The notes beneath the pieces are model-generated. The model was given only the letters and a program-made list of their open reading frames with translations. It was not told where the DNA came from and did not search any database. A DNA stretch of 64,000 nt from Candidatus Saccharimonadota bacterium (GTDB lineage Bacteria; Patescibacteriota; Saccharimonadia; Saccharimonadales; UBA4665). Location: positions 2,958 through 66,957 of the forward strand of contig JAQBRP010000008.1 of NCBI GenBank assembly GCA_028286405.1. Direction: 5' to 3'. Of the stretch, positions 62,864 through 64,000 are shown one piece after another. A program made the position numbers and the translations under genes. Each line of letters opens with the position of its first letter. Within the stretch, counting starts at the first letter, position 1.

Positions 62864-63505
62864 ATGTCTTGGCTCACTAACCGACCGCAAGCCACCGATT
62901 CCATACAGCTGTACAGCATGGGGCTTAATAAAACAGTGCTACTCGTGGGACTGGGCAATCTCGGAGCCGAGTATGACCTGACGCGCCACAACGTCGGTTT
63001 CTACGCCCTTGACGCCTTTGTGGAAGCCACCGAGGAAATGTCGGCCTGGACCGATAAGAAGGACTTTAAATGCCACCTCAGCAGCGGTCAGCTCGGCGAA
63101 ACACGGGTGATCGCCATTAAGCCCACCACTTTTATGAATTTGAGCGGCGAAGCAGTGCAAGCGGCAGCCGCGTTTTATAAAATTGCCGCCGGGAGTATCG
63201 TGGTCATCCACGACGAACTCGATGTCGACTTTGGTCAGATCCGCCTGCGAATGGGTGGGAGCAGTGCCGGCCACAACGGTATTAAATCGGTGTCAAAGCA
63301 CCTTGGTGAAGAGTACGGGCGTATTCGGATTGGCGTTGGGCCAAAAACTCCTGAGCAAATCGATAGCGCCGACTTTGTACTACAAAAATTCTCAGCGGCA
63401 GAGCAGGGGCACTTGCCAGCTTTGAGCCGCGAGACCAATGCTATTTTGAACGAGTACGTTTACGGTGGTCAGTTGCCGCACGACACTCGCAGTTTTATTG
63501 TGTAA
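62864..63505 (+). CDS. pth: aminoacyl-tRNA hydrolase
   Basis: LLVGLGNLG.EY..TRHNVGF, IHDELD and GGHNG(I/L)KS motifs. The true start may be the internal ATG at 62918. Confidence 0.88.
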   Translation: MSWLTNRPQATDSIQLYSMGLNKTVLLVGLGNLGAEYDLTRHNVGFYALDAFVEATEEMSAWTDKKDFKCHLSSGQLGETRVIAIKPTTFMNLSGEAVQAAAAFYKIAAGSIVVIHDELDVDFGQIRLRMGGSSAGHNGIKSVSKHLGEEYGRIRIGVGPKTPEQIDSADFVLQKFSAAEQGHLPALSRETNAILNEYVYGGQLPHDTRSFIV

Positions 63506-63707
63506 CGCTATAACCCTGAGCTGCCGCTTCGTAACGCATCGCCTCGGCCACCGCTTCATCGCGCTCTCCTAGGGGTAACCTACCCAATTTGGCAATGATC
63601 TCATGAGCATGACCCCTGTAAATAGCTGCCGCTTCATCAGCACTCAGTACCGCTTCAGCTCTTACGTAGGTATCGGTAGCAATTTCTCTATCACTTAGTT
63701 CAGCCAT
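63495..63707 (-). CDS. hypothetical small protein
   Basis: 70-aa ORF convergent with pth (overlaps its 3' end). No family recognised. Confidence 0.3.
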   Translation of the reverse strand: MAELSDREIATDTYVRAEAVLSADEAAAIYRGHAHEIIAKLGRLPLGERDEAVAEAMRYEAAAQGYSVTQ

Positions 63708-64000
63708 GGCACTCCCTGCATTTATAACCCTATTATAAACTCATCCCGTCGATGCGTACTAAAAAAGGCCAACGAGAGGGGGTGGGCACCGCTCGTTGAC
63801 CTATTTCAGGTGGTAATCGCTGATAAATCAGTATTCCCACCGCTGTCCCGAAAGACATCCCGACTACCTTTGCGAAAACATAAGTAGCTAGTTGACCCTT
63901 CAAGCCCACCCGGGTGAAATCAGCATCGCAAAATAATCGGCGACGTATCTCTGCAAAAGCAGAACCATTTAGGCTCACACTTGATCGGGGGATTTCTTAA

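Noticed and set aside
63495-63707. Possible Pup-like small protein to partner the PafA/Dop homologue.
   Set aside because: Its C-terminus is ...YSVTQ, not the GGQ or GGE expected of Pup. It lies 10 kb away on an unrelated locus and shows no similarity to Pup that I can see.
63733-63978. 81-aa minus-strand ORF at the window edge.
   Set aside because: It has no motif or start-site support and is close to the truncated window end, so it was not called.

Overview
Gene-dense bacterial chromosomal window using the standard genetic code: TGA acts as a stop, for example in the ATGA overlap at 21785-21788. All calls come from reading the sequence and ORF track by eye; no searches were run. Housekeeping genes include smpB, an ABC-F ATPase, gltX, der, pth, rlmH, xth, a cmk-like kinase, a pseudouridine synthase and four tRNAs (Asn-GTT, Ser-GGA, Leu-CAA, Glu-CTC). 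There is also a cell-envelope set: two sortases, PEGA and DUF3048 proteins, an L,D-transpeptidase, GT2 and GH enzymes, a MarP-like protease, and MacB-type ABC and RND transporters. Two histidine kinase/response regulator pairs are present. This gene mix and the very compact, often leaderless gene starts suggest a small-genome monoderm, possibly Patescibacteria/Saccharibacteria-like; that is inference only. Main points of interest: (1) an ~11.8 kb array of small unrelated gene cassettes downstream of tRNA-Asn. It is partitioned by exact and decayed copies of the tRNA 3' end, a conserved ~35-nt motif, homologous terminators and a conserved TTGCTATAGTTAA promoter, and no integrase is visible. (2) A smaller islet of the same kind at tRNA-Glu, with ~146-bp direct repeats around a dehydrogenase cassette next to a HigBA-like pair. 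(3) A compositionally foreign, GC3-rich 136-aa ORF at 23.2-23.6 kb, with a near-consensus promoter, a structured leader and exact 12-nt inverted repeats. (4) An orphan PafA/Dop (Pup ligase/deamidase family) homologue with no Pup or proteasome genes nearby. (5) A UmuD-like/Y-family polymerase operon in which the UmuD-like Ser/Lys dyad appears replaced by His/His. (6) A window-wide (TGn)TAnnnT-N6-10-ATG architecture implying leaderless mRNAs. No rRNA, CRISPR array, transposase or integrase was recognised.
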